Position numbers and translations under genes: made by a program
Part shown: positions 13,587 through 27,265 of the stretch, one piece after another
How the letters are laid out: each line of letters starts with the position of its first letter
Position numbering within the stretch: the first letter of the stretch is position 1
NCBI RefSeq assembly: GCF_963921235.1
Contig: NC_086108.1
Span: forward strand, 96,474,001-96,538,000
Direction of reading: 5' to 3'
Length of the DNA stretch: 64,000 nt
DNA from: Mobula hypostoma
Taxonomy: Eukaryota
Notes under the pieces: model-generated
Told to the model about the DNA's origin: nothing
Databases searched by the model: none
Seen by the model: only the letters and a program-made list of their open reading frames with translations

Positions 13587-14140
13587 AATACACAAACTGT
13601 TGGAGGAACTCAGCTAGCTGGTCAAGCAGCATCTATGGAAAAGGGAAAACAGTCAAAGTTTTAGGCAGAGATCCTTCTTCAGGACAGAGAGGGAAAGGAG
13701 GGAAATGCCTGAATTAAACGGTGGGGAGAGGGGAAAGAGGCTGGCTGGAAGATGAAGCCAGGTGGGTGGGAAAAGTCAAGGGTTGGAGAAGAAAGAAACT
13801 GATAAAGAGAGGAGAGTGGATAATGGAAGAAAGGAAAGCAGGCAGGGACCCAGGGGAAAATAACAGACAGGTGATAAGAAGTAAAAGGTCAAGAGTGGGA
13901 AATGGGGGGGGGGGGGGGAGAAGAGAGAATATTGGACCAGAAGGAGAAATCAATATATCATCAGGTTGGAGGGTACCCAGACAGAATATAAGGTGCTGCT
14001 CCTCCAACCTGAGGGTGGCCTTATCTCGGCACAAGTGGCAGCCATGGATCAACACATTGGAATGAGAATGGGAATCGGAATTAAAATGTTTGCCCACCAG
14101 GAAGTCCTGCTTATGATGGATAGTGCAGAGGTGCTCGACA
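13587..14140 (-). mobile_element. Penelope-like element 3' fragment (GIY-YIG C-terminal region, pyrimidine-rich UTR, terminal repeat)
   Basis: ORF 13714..14097 HFNSDSHSHSNVLIHG..ATLRLEEQHLIFCLGTLQPD, homologous to 49829..50257. Confidence 0.85.
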
Positions 14141-14496
14141 AAGCCATTCTAGAACTCCACAGGAAAAAAGTTGTTTGCACAGGAAGGTGATTTTCTGGGC
14201 ACCTCAGAAAGTTTATGAGTGACAGTGACCAGGGATGTGAGAGAGAGATTAGTGAACCAAGCCTAATTGGAATCAGGTTTCATTATGGAGATTTTTCTGT
14301 TCACCCTGCTTCAATACTATAACAAAATTAAGGAAAGTAAGGGAGGTTGCAGAGGCAATCAAGCAGATGGTCCCAGTTTTAACAAACAAATGCACAAGCG
14401 CTCAAAACTTATTGGAAGTCGGAGCAGAGAGGACAGTGGACAAGAATTTTAAGGAAATAAATCATCTTTTGAGTCCAGTATGATTGTGAAAAATAA

Positions 14497-14646
14497 ACAA
14501 GAGAAAAATCTGCTGATGCTGGAAATCAATTAATACACAGAAAATGCAGGAAGAACTCAGCAGAGCAGGTAGCCCGAAACGTCAGCTGTTTACTCTTTTC
14601 CCGAGAAGCTGCTTGGCCTGCTGAGTTCCTCCAGCATTTTGTGTGA
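14497..14646. mobile_element. Short Penelope-derived palindromic repeat
   Basis: aaaatgcaggaagaactcagcag mirrored by ctgctgagttcctccagcatttt; partial hammerhead cccgaaacgtcagctg. Confidence 0.7.
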
Positions 14647-15429
14647 TCCTGAAAAACCAAGCAACTCTGGTCAATAGCATATAACATGGTTGTGCAGATT
14701 TGCAGTCTGTTGCAAATATTCAAGCATGTCACACAGTCTCTAGGGATTTAAAACCGAGATAAACTGAACAATAATCATGGTGAGGGAGATGACTTTGAAG
14801 TGCAATTAGGGAATCAATAGTTGAGATAAGGTGTGAATATGCAGATCAGCAACAGCGGAAGTCACGTGATTGAAGGCTTATTAGCTACAAGGTGGCAAAT
14901 CAGAGATGCAAATGATTAACTGGGTTTATATTCCAGGGATCTATAAAGAAAGTACTAGGATTCAAAAGGAGAGGCAAATGGAAGGAGAGCAAAACAAACA
15001 AGTGACCATGACGAATTTTGCTTTGTTTGAGTGACAAAACAGAAACATCATCCAGTAACAGCTTAAAAGTTTAGCTATTATGACAGTCACATGAAAACTT
15101 AACTGTACAGCCAATAGTGCTAGAATTAATTCAAGAGCTCTCAATACCAAGTAGATTGCTGTTGTGTCAAATTACTAAATTACAGTAATTTAAAGGTAAT
15201 CAGTTGGTACTCAAGTCAGTAAGTATAGTATCCAGTTTGGACTACTATTAATTTAATATTAACTGTCCAAAATAAAAATCCAGCTGTTGGATTACATACA
15301 GCACATAAATCACTCAGGTCATAGAAGCATGGTGTTAGCTAATAGAACTGATGTTAATCTCCAAAATGCGTACAATGTAAAAATCAGTTGATTCAAGGTG
15401 TTTTTAATTTCTTGCTGTAGTTTCCTTAC

Positions 15430-15516
15430 CTTTATATTTACTCCCTCACTAATTCCAGAACTACGAACATTCATATTTCTTTCCCCAAATACAGATCGTG
15501 GAACTGAAGACTCCCC
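15430..15516 (-). CDS. CDC7: CDC7 coding exon 7 (GESSVPRSVFGERNMNVRSSGISEGVNIK), kinase insert 2; 87 nt
   Basis: Manual translation contains the CDC7 motif RSVFGERN; ttttttattgtag acceptor and AAG|gtaagg donor; not in the ORF track. Confidence 0.94.
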
Positions 15517-17354
15517 CTACAATAAAAAAAACTTAAATCTGTTTTTGCGCTTCAGGTGGTGTGACACATGTAAGATAACATATATATATATATACAGCCC
15601 AAACAAAGCCCTAAATGTAATTTTTGACAATGTTTTAAAACATGCAACCCTAAACAGTGACAGATAATGAAAGAAACTGAACCATATAATGTTGGGGAAA
15701 CAGAATCCCATGCATATGGTAAAGGTAGCAGCCACTTGGCACACAGCAATAGCTTTAGCCAAGAGTTCTGTACTTCATCCCATCTTCCTTGCTTCCCCAA
15801 CCCCCTTCCCCGCCCCCCCCACCAGCATTTTGGTAATTATATAAGCAATTCCTTGTGAATGCTGCCATGGAATTTGCTGTCAAGGAATGAATATCAGTGG
15901 GCAAAAAATATTCCGATCTCCCCTCAGCTTCTTCTTCCTATTCTCTATGCTCTGGTTATCAATCATCCTTCTAGCAAATTCAGTTTCTCCTTTCTCCAGC
16001 AGAGCTTCAATTTTGCAGCGATTTTATATAATTGCATCTTGTTACTGTAAATCCAATAAGCCTAAGTAACAATTCCAAACAAACATACGGTCCAGGGCTT
16101 GATAGATCAGTAATCAAACAAATTCAATCCAGCTGAAATTTGTGCAATGGTACAAGCCTCGAAGTTTGGGATGAACATTTCAATAAACCTCTGCAATTAC
16201 CCAGTGCAAAAGCTGTTTTTACTTCAACATTCCTGACAATCATTATCAAACTGATATGATAACAAAAATAATGAAATACTGTTATACCATTAATCACAAC
16301 TACGAGTATAATCAACCAAATAATTTTAATTAGTTACTTGGCCAGCAGCAGGAATTGGATGGAGTATATAAATGACAATATGCACACAAAAATAATCAGT
16401 GTGCTGTCAGATGACTAGAAACTCTATTCAGGGCAAAGGAAGCAAAAAAAAAACACAAAATGCTGGAGCAATTCAGCAAGTCAGGCAGCATCTGTATAGG
16501 GAAATGGGGCAGCTGATATTTCAGCTTGAGACCCTTCATCTGCACAGTCAATGCAATGACAAGGACAATGTGCCAAGTAAATGAAAGGGAAAATGGAATG
16601 CACAATGTATGCAACTGGAAAAAAGGGGTAGATCTGTAGCTAGTAAGAGACTGCAGTGCCTGGTCAGACAACAGCTTGAAACAGGTCCAGTTTCTGCCAA
16701 TCAGTTGCAAGGTTTGGAAGCAATAAAAAGACACAAAGCTACTCCTATCAATGAGTTAAGCAATGGGGAAATACTTGAGAGATCTGGACTACAGTATATA
16801 TTTTTGGTTTAAAAACAATACAAGATGGGCATAATACAGTAACTAGAACACAGAAAGGGAAATACATAAAATGAAAACATTGGCAGTATGGACTCAAAAC
16901 TGCAAATGCAGGATCAATGTTGAGTAAATTTTCTCATAGAACATTCAAAATAAAATTGAATACAATTGACACAGGATTGCAAGAGCAAAATCTTGGTAAT
17001 TACATTGTTGGGTGATCCAAGTTTCATCTTGGACATTCAAGCTACAAAACTGCAAAAACCCCATATTATCTCTGAAGGATCGAGCTTTCTAAACATCCAA
17101 TAGCCCATCAAGGGGAAACCTATCACGAAGATAAGCCCCGATGTGCCAAAAAAGTAGATACTAAGATTGAGGGAACACATTGCATAAGAGGAAGAGTGCA
17201 AATAAGTTTAGATTTAACCAATTAATATTGGAATGGACATGGCATCATTACTAGAAGACAATGAAGACTTATTCTGAAATTATACCATATAGATGAAGTA
17301 AATTCTGACAAAGATTATGCAACAGGTCTACTGAAGACACAATTTCACTAGTTC

Positions 17355-18900
17355 TCCACTTGGCCTTGGACCACCTGGACAAAAGCAATACCTACATCAA
17401 ACAGCTATGTATTAATTATAGCTCGGCATTCATTATAGCTCAGTTCTAATCAATAAGCTTCAAAACCTGGACCGCTGAACCCTCCTCTGCAGCTGGATTC
17501 ACCCATCAGAAGACAACAGTGTGGACTGGAAATAACATCTCGCCGACAATCAACATAGGCTAACCTCAAGGATGCATGCTTAGCTCACCGTCCTACCCTC
17601 TCTACATTCAGGACCACGGTCTAGGCGCAGCTCAAACACCACTGTTGGCAGAACCTCAGATAGCGATGAGGCAGTGTATAGGAGTGAAACTGGTTGAGTG
17701 GTGTCACAACAACAACTTTACACTCAGCATCACCAAGACTAAGAAATTCATGGGATAGAAGTCTGAAGAACACACAGTGATCAGCGTTAATCATCTGCAG
17801 AGTCAGCATGACATCAAAAAACCTTGACAAACTTCTTCAGGTGTGTAGTGGAAAATGTATTGACTGACTACATCACAGCCTGTTATGGAAACACCAATGC
17901 CTTTGATCAGAAAACTTGAGTAGTGGATTTGGCTCAGTGTATCACAGGTAAAGCCCTCCCTACCATTGAGCATTTCTACATAATATGCTGTTGAAAGGTA
18001 AGCAGTATCCATCATCAAGATATCCCCACCACCCCTGCTATTCTCTTTTCTTGCTGCTGCCATCAGGTAGGAGGCACAAGAGTCTCAGGATTTGCACCAC
18101 CGGGTTCAAAAACAGTTACGATCCCACAAACATCAGGCTCTTGAACAAAACGGGATAACTACACTCTTGCCCATCCACTGAGATGTTCCTACACTCAAAG
18201 ATCTAACTTTAACGACTCTTTACCTTGTTATTTCATTTTTTCATTATTTATTGCTACTTATTTATATTTGCATTTGCAGAGTTTGTTGTCTTCTGCACTC
18301 TATTTGATCTTTCATTGATTCTATTATAGCTACTATTCTACAGATTTGCTGAGTAAGTTCGCAATAAAATGAATTTTAGGGTTGTATATGGTGACATACA
18401 TGTAATCTGACAATAAAATTTACTTTTAACTTTGAGGGATCAGCAGCGGAAAAGGCGAGCAATTTCAAGTTCCTGGGCATCAACATCTCAGGGAATCTAT
18501 TCTGGGTCCAACACGTTGATACAATCACAAGGAAGACATGACAGTGACTATACTTCATGAATTTGAAGAGATTTAGTGTGTCACTGAACACTTTAGCAAA
18601 TTTCTACAGATGCACTGCGGAGAGCATTCTGACTCATTGTATCATCACCTGATGTGGAGCTTCTAATGCAGAATATCAAAAGAGGCTGCAGACTCAACCA
18701 GCTACATCATGGGCACAAGTCTCTCCACCACCATCAGATTTCTAAATGGTCCATTAACATCAACTCACTATTCCTCTTTGCGATGTTTATTAATTTTATT
18801 TTTTATTGTAACTTATCATACATTTTCTAATAACTTGCACTATACTGCTGCTACAAAACAACTTTCAAGACGTATGCCTGTGATAACAACCTGATTCTGA
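17355..18900 (+). mobile_element. Two tandem decayed Rex1/Babar LINE fragments
   Basis: Relic peptides such as LVEWCHNNNFTLSITKTK; 3' tails at about 18410-18435 and about 18885-18900. Confidence 0.75.
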
Positions 18901-19254
18901 AAGACATTTCCTGGATAATGGGATGTGTATTTTGATAACCAATCTTGTACACCACCACACTTTTAGAGGAAGCAGCAAATCACAAGAATGAAGTACACAA
19001 TTAATTCTATGAAATTATAAGCACATTTTAGCCATTTACCATTAAACAAAAACAACTGGGCAATTGTTGGTGCAAACACAAAACCAACAAGAACTATTAT
19101 TGTTATTATATAGTCAGAATAATACAGCTTGAAAGCAGGCCCTTTGGCCTAACTCATCCATGCTGCCCCTGAGCTGGTCCCATTTGCCTGCATTTAGCCT
19201 AAAACCCTCTCACCCTCCTATCCATATTCTCTATGTTTCTACTAAAATCGGTTA

Positions 19255-19515
<261 letters not shown>

Positions 19516-19884
19516 TCATATGAGACAAACAATTAGTAAAAAGATAAAATAATTTGACATAAAGGTTAACTCTTCTCTCAGTCAAAAGCCGCACATTACC
19601 AGTTTGTTGAGTGACCAGGAAATTAATTGATGGGCATTCAGAAGTCTATGCTACTTACCCACCCAGACAAAATAATCCACAGTCTGCTCCACTGGCATTA
19701 CATAAACCACGACACATTAACCAAAAGGACACAAACATTTTCATTGTGGTAAAACCACAAGGAATGGAGTCAAATCTCATGATTATATAATCATGGAAAA
19801 TATACAACATAAAGGAGGCCCAACTGGCCAATTGCAACTCTACTAGCCCAAAAAGATCTACTCAACCCAATCTGATTTACCAGC

Positions 19885-20540
19885 ACATACAAAATGCTGA
19901 TGGAACTCAGCAGGTCCGGCAGCATCTATGGAAATGAATAAACAGTTAACATTTTGCACCGAGAACCGTCTTCAGGACTCAGGGTTCCAGCCTGAAACGT
20001 TGACTGTTTATTATAAACACAAAATACTCTGCAGATGCTGGGGTCAGCCCCTTGGTACGAACATAGAATTCTCCAACTTCCGGTAATTCCCTCCCCCTCC
20101 CTTCCCCTATCCCTATTTCACTCTGCCCCCTCCCCCAGCTGCCTATCACCTCCCTCATGGTTCCGCCTCCTCCTACTACCCATTGTGTTTTCCCCTATTC
20201 CTTCTTCACCTTTCCTGCCTAGCACCTCCCTGCTTCCCCTCCCCCATCTCTTTATCTTTCCCCCTACTGGTTTTTCACCTGGAACCTACCAGCCTTCTCC
20301 TTCCCGCCCTTCCCCCACCTTGTTTATAGGGCCTCTGCCCCTTCCCTCTTCAGTCCTGATGAAGGGTTCCAGCCTGAAACGTCGACTGATCGTTTCCACG
20401 GATGCTGCCCGACCTGCTGAGTTCCTCCTGCGTCTCGACTGTTCATTTATTTCCATAGATGCTACCTGACCTGGTGAGATCCACCAGCATTTTGTGTGTG
20501 TTGCTTTGGATTTCCAGCATCTGCAGAATTTCTCATGCTT
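19885..20540. mobile_element. Composite Penelope-derived repeat: palindromic copy with a second pyrimidine-rich 3' fragment inside it
   Basis: Outer inverted arms 19885-19950 and 20437-20500; inner 20013-20436 resembles the 3' UTR at 50280-50650. Confidence 0.8.
20350..20389 (+). ncRNA. Minimal type-I hammerhead ribozyme motif (Penelope-associated), predicted cleavage after C20383
   Basis: tcagtc-CTGATGA-agg gttccag cct-GAAA-cg-TC-gactga: 6-bp stem I, full catalytic core, 3-bp stem II, palindromic ACGT in place of stem III. Confidence 0.8.
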
Positions 20541-20559
20541 ATGACTTTCCCTGCACGAT

Positions 20560-21420
20560 GCCCACCGCCTTTCAAGTCACGGCTCTTCAACCAGTGTCTA
20601 AATGTAAAGAATGTCTTCCTTTATTACCATAGCTTTCAGCCCCCTACACGCCCAGTTCAAAATATTTTCCTCACCTCTCTTCCTACCTTTTTGCTAATTA
20701 CTTTCAATCTAGGCCCTTCCATTTTTGACCTCTCTGCTAAAGGAATTATGATATTCCTTCTCCAACATGGCCCCTGAAAATTTTATACATATTTCACTCT
20801 GTCATCTCCCTTGTTTCAAATAAAACAATTCTAGCCAATGCGCACTTTCCTTGCAGTACAACTTTCCAGTAAGGAGATTTCCAAAAATCACCTCTGTACT
20901 CTTTCCTGGGAATTTATATCTCTTCTGTAAAACTGTGACCAGAATCATATGTCGTAGTCAAGATGTGGGGTTATCCTGAAAAATAAGGATAATGCCTTTG
21001 GGGAAGCTTTACCTCATGCTTCTGTGGATTAAATGTCATTTGTCTTTCTTCTGCACAACCGAACACATCACCCATCTCTTTCAGCAGTTTAAACCTTTCC
21101 TACTCATTGTAAGGCAGACAACCAATTTTTGTAATTTCTTTACAAAGTGAAAGAAAGCAAAAGGCCAACACTGGGACTCTGGAACCCCAGTCACGAAAAA
21201 CAGCAATCAACCAATACTCAACTTCCTGTCTTTGAACCAATCTTGGATACAATCTGCCTTTCTCTTGACTCTCTCTGAGCTTTTACTCATAACTGATCCA
21301 CCACATGGGACCTTGAGAGCTCTTGATAAAATCCATCACTCACACTGCCTTCATCGACTCGCCTTATTATGAGATCAAAGAATTCAATCTCGTTATTCAG
21401 ACAAATCCATGCAGTACTTA
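20560..21420 (-). repeat. Old CR1-like LINE fragment
   Basis: Decayed collinear similarity to the minus-strand CR1 RT copies in this window. Confidence 0.5.
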
Positions 21421-21538
21421 CTTGTATTAACTGGGCTTATATCACAGCATGCTTTCAATAAAATACCTTACTAAAAATTTCTGGCATTCAATTAAATTAC
21501 GTGTAGCTTCTCTTTAGCCAAACTATGTGCTTTAATTA

Positions 21539-21766
<228 letters not shown>

Positions 21767-21811
21767 TTAAGTTAATGTGGAGGATAGATGCAGCAAATGC
21801 AATTTGAACTA

Positions 21812-21937
<126 letters not shown>

Positions 21938-22399
21938 TTAACTAAAATACATAAAAGATAATTCTGTTTCATATCCTTTATCTATAAAATATATTATTTA
22001 ATGAGCTATTTATTCTCCTATTAACATCAGAATGTTGATAGTTAGCAACATGCAATAAAGTTTCCTTTTTCAGAGGCGAATTGAATTAAGAATTTTTATA
22101 GTTAGAGCTTTGTTGTCATTCCTGAGGACAAGATTGCAGTGCTACTCCATTCAGTGCAAAACATCATATTGGCAACTTAATTACTAAAAACACAATGACT
22201 AAATTTAAAATAACATCTGAGATATTTAGAATGACATCTAAGTTACAGGTGAATTAAAAACAAGAAATAGTGGCTGCCCCATTCAAGTGTTGCACTTGCC
22301 CATGTCATAAAATGCAGTGAATAAATATAAAATGGCATCAAGAATTAAAGATGAAATTCAACAGAGCTCTGATATCAAAGGAAGGTAGCTGCTCCATTT

Positions 22400-23722
22400 A
22401 AACCTAAATACTGCACATGCCCACCTATTGCACTTAAGAGACTGTCCATAGTGCCAATGGACTATGGGTGGGTAGGGGGGCATTGTTCCATTGCACTACA
22501 GCCCTTGGGATAAAACTGTTTCAGTCTGGATGTCTGTGCAGAGATGTTTCTGTATCTGCTGCTGAATGGCAGGAGATTCAACAGGTGCCACTGGGATGGG
22601 ATGAGTCCATTGTGTTACAAGCCCACCATAGACAGTATGAGTTGTAGATAGTTTCCATATCTGATAGTTGTGTCCCAATGATGCTCTGTGCAGTCGTGAC
22701 CACTCGTTGAAGAGCTTTTCGGTCGATCATGCTGCAGCTCATGTACCATGCTCTCATGTAGTAGGTTAGTATGTTCTCAATTACACATCAATAAAGGTTT
22801 TCCAGCAGCTTTTGGGGCAGGTTTGCTCTTGTTAAACTAAGATAGTACAGGTGCTACTGAGCCTTCCTTACTATCAAGGAGGTGTTGGTGGTCCAAGAGA
22901 GCTCTTCTTTGAGGTGCACTCCCAAGAACTTAAAGCTGAAGGCCTTTCCACTGCTTCACCATTTATGAGTAGTGGAGCTTGTTCATGCCTTCTTGATTCC
23001 CTAAAGTCGATAATCATTTCTTTTTTTTTTGATATTGAGTGAAAGGTGATGGTTGTTGCACCATTCAGTTTCTGCACCTCCTCTCTGTATGCTATTGCAA
23101 TGTTATTTATAATTAATCCAGTCACTGTGGTGCCACAAATTTGATGATGGAGTTGGTGGCATAGGCAGGGAAGGGCACAGTCATGGGTGAAAAGTGTGAG
23201 AAGGAGTGGGCTCAGTATACATCCCTGAGGTGCACTGGTGTTCAGGGTCAGGGAGGTTGATGTGTACTTGCCTAGTCTGATTGCTGGATGCATCTGGTAA
23301 AGAAGTCCAGAATGCAGTTGAAAATTGATGTATTGAATCCCAGATTGTGTAGTTTGGCAGTCAATGTGTTGGGGAGTATAGTGTTGAAGGCAGAACTGGA
23401 GATGATGTCCCCGGTTGATCTATTTGGCCTATTGGCAAACTGGTACTGGTCCACAGTAGCAGGGATGGCATTCTTAATGTGGGACATAACCTGGCTCTCC
23501 AGGCACTCGGCAGCTAAGGGGGTGAGCCCAATCGATCTGTCGTCGTCAAGGCATGCTGCCACTGACTACTTTGGAATTGGTACGATGGCTGGTATTTTGA
23601 AGCACGCAGGGACCACAGGAAAGGACAGAGAGAGGTTATAGATTTCACTAAAACCCTCTGCCAGCTGGTCAGTGCAGTCTCTGAGGACCCACACAAGTAC
23701 ACCATCTGGTCCAGTTGCTGTA
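22400..23722 (-). mobile_element. Rex1/Babar LINE RT fragment
   Basis: ORFs 23566..23793 (ATGPDGV..LRDCTDQLAE..VVPACFK), 23272..23562 (SSAFNTI), 22874..23293 (APQGCILSPLL). Confidence 0.9.
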
Positions 23723-24808
23723 TTAAATACTAAAATAGATACTATATTAATATATATTAAAACATACATAAAATATATACTATATTTTAGCATAGCAATG
23801 TATGTAAATACAAATCCATTTTTAAAGAACAGTTTGCTGTAAGCAGATATTTTGATAATTGTGTTCTTGACCTTGTTTAACTAAAGTAGCATTAAATTAT
23901 AACTGTGTAACATTTGAATGGCATTGACCTTACAAATTACCACACCTCAGATTTCTTTGGTCGTATATGATGCTATCACAACAAAACTCGCAAGCACATG
24001 TAATAAGATGAGTTTTGTGTTGACATTGAACCCATGTTAAAGTAACTATGATTTGGAAGAGAGGGGGCAACAAAAGCCTATTTACATTAATAGACAAGAG
24101 CTACATGCAGCCCAATTTGATGATAAGGTAGACTCCACAGGAAACTGACATAGCCAGGTTAACCAATAGTTAACATTGAAAGTGCATTAAATATTGAAAA
24201 GTACTTCTGTTGAAACACAATACAAACTTCCACTTGCTGTATTATACAAAGTCTAAAGTAATCTGTTAAAATACCTTATTCTCAGAAAAGGAGTTGATGT
24301 AGTACAAAACAGAAGTGCAATCTCCTTGTAAAAACAGCTCTCTTCCTTTCAGATTGATTACCTCAGTACATCAAGGCAACTTCAGCAGCACATCTGCTCA
24401 AACTCACTTCAAGGTTTCTCATTAAGAATGACAACTGCACCAGACACAGGATAAATCCTTATCAACAGAACATGCATGTTCTGTCTAAATGTACCACCGA
24501 TTACAAATCTGAATCAACAAATGTACGCATTTGAGTCTGGTAGAATTGCAACTTGAGCATAGACAGCACACACAAGTCACATCTTTTGCCTTCAACCTCT
24601 ATTTAACAGTAAGATCATCACAGTGAGAGCGGCATCACTTTTGAGTAACAGTAAACCAACTTAAATGACAAAATTATATTAGTGTTAATAATTCAACATC
24701 AGACCATAAGATATAGGAGCAGCATTAGGCCATTTGGCCCATCATTGTATTACTACTGACCTATTTTCCCTCTCAGCCCCAATCTCCTGAATTCTTCCCA
24801 TATTCCTT

Positions 24809-25192
24809 TGTTAAAGTGATTTTTGGGTTTAGGTCATTTACATTTAGCAAATGGCTTTGATTACGAGTCTTCTGTTCCTTGAAACTGCATTGTGGATTTA
24901 ATTTTGAACAATGCATTCCTAAAAGCTGGAACCCAGTCCAGACGATGCTGACGTCTGTGGGATGGATGTGAATCAGGAGGTGCGAAGTTTGTACGTAGTT
25001 TCAAAAGAAAGCATTGTCTATACTTTGTAAATATGGAATTGTCCTTTGTGTCTAGCACATAAATATTTGCTGAGCCAGCAAACCTTTCCACCGAAAGCGT
25101 CTCCATATGATGCTGCTGTATCTTGTTTTGTCAAATAAAGAAGCGCTTTGTATCTACCAGTAATTTTCTCCAGCGATTTCATTTACGCAACA
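24809..25192 (+). mobile_element. Solo LTR, 384 bp
   Basis: TGTT...AACA termini; 5-bp target duplication tcctt/ccctt; AATAAA at 25134-25139; interrupts a CR1 3' end. Confidence 0.82.
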
Positions 25193-27265
25193 CCCTTCAT
25201 GCCCTGACCAATCAAGAATCAATCAACATCTGCCTTAAATATACATAAAGACTTGGACTCCACTGCCACTTGTGGCAACAAGTTCCCAGATTCATCCAGA
25301 TCCTCCTCATTGCCACTCAAAATAGATGACCCTCTATTCTAAGGCTATGTTCTCTGGTCTTAGATTCTCCCACCACAGGAAACATCTTCTACACATCCAA
25401 TCTACAGAGGTTTCAATTAGGTCACCCTTCATTCTTCTAAATCCAGCAAACACAGGCCCAAAGCCATCAAACGCTCTTCATATAACAAGCCATTAAATCC
25501 TGGAATCATTTTCACTAACCACCTTTGCACCTTCTCCAGTGTTATCACATGCATTCTAAGATAAGGGGCCCAAAACTGCTCACAATACTCCAAGTGAGGC
25601 CTCCCAAATGCTTTATAAAGCCTCAACATTACATCTTTGCTTTTTATATTCTCGTCCTCTTGAAATAAATGCCATCATTGCATTTGCCTTCCTCAGTGCA
25701 GACTAAACCTGCAAGTTAACCTTAAGGGAACCCTGCACAGGACTCCCAAGTCACTTGGCACCTCTGATTTTTGGATTTTCTCTCCATTTAGAAACTAGTC
25801 GACCCTTTCATTTCTTCTACCAAAGTGCATGACTTGAGACAGAAAGTGCATGTATTCCATCTGCCACTTCTTTGCCTATTCTCCTAATCTGTCCAAGTCC
25901 TTCTGTAGTCTCTGTTTCCTCAAAACTACCTTCCCCTCCATCTATATTTGTATTGCCCGCAAATGTTGCAAAATCCTGAATTTTGTCATCCAAGCCATTG
26001 ACATATAACGTAAAAAGAAGCGGTCCCAACACAGACCCCTGTAGGACAGCACAAGTCACCAACAGCCAACCAGAAAAGGCTCCCTCTGTTTCCACTCCTT
26101 GCCTCCTGCCAATCAGCCACTGCTTTATCCATGGGCTCTTAACTTATTAAGCAGCCTCATCTGTGGCACCTTTGTCAAAAGTCTTTTGAAAATCCAAATA
26201 CACATCAACCAATTATCCTTTGTCTATCCTGCTTGTTATTTCTTTAAAGAATTCCAACAGATTTGTCAGGCAAGATTTTTCCTTGACGAAACCACACTGA
26301 CCATGGCCTATTTTAGCATGTGCGCCAAAACTACATTATTAACAACTGACTCCAACATCTTCCAACCACTGAGGTTAATTTCCTTTCTTCTGCCCCTCTC
26401 CCTTCTTGAAGAGGGGACTGACATTTGCAATTTTTCAGACTTTTGGAACCATTCCAGAATCTTGTGAAAGATGATTACTATTGCCCTGACAAGCTCTTCA
26501 GCCACCTCCTTCAGAACCCTGGGGTGTACACCATCTGGCCAAGTGACTAATCTATCTTCAGACCTTTCAGTTTCCCAAAAACCTTCTCCCTAGTAATGGC
26601 AACTTGACACTTCTGACCTCTGACACTCTCAAACTTCCAGCATACTGCTAGTGTCTTCCACAGTGAAGAATAATGTAAAATACTTGTTCAGTTTGTCTCC
26701 CATTTCTACCTCTCCAGCATCGTTTCCAGCGGTCCAATATCCACTCTCACCTCTCTTACACTTCATGCATCTAAAGAAACTTTAGGTATTGTCCTTAATA
26801 TTATTGGCTAGCTAACTTTCACATTTCATCTTTTCCTTAATGACTTTTTTTTTTAAAGTCGCCTTCTGGAAACGAGAACAAAGTGATGATGGTGCTGAAT
26901 GGCTAATCCTTTGCTTGCATCTTCGGAAACGGCTCTATTTCTATCTTTGGTATCTCTTTTTTTCCTTTTCAAGGTTCTTTTGAAGACCCTGACCTGGAAT
27001 TACACTCTGGTTCTTGGTGGGAATGGGACCTGCTCTCAGGGCCTCATGACCAGCCAGTTTTTGATATCCCAAGGATGCAGCTGGAAGACTAGCGCGCCTT
27101 CAGGGTGCCAGATTTTCGTGGCTCTGGAGACGGGTTGATTCAAGGCCAGCGCAGCTGACTGAGGCGTCACGGAAGAACACGGAACATTGGGAGCAGCGGG
27201 TTTGCTGCCGTGGGCTGTGTGTCCAGAGACCTGAGTCTCTGGGCACGGAGCTCAGAAAAAGTCAC

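Noticed and set aside
20035..20469. Pro/Ser-rich 144-aa ORF (similar ones at 39551..39818 and 13721..14065)
   Set aside because: Translation of the pyrimidine-rich Penelope 3' UTR
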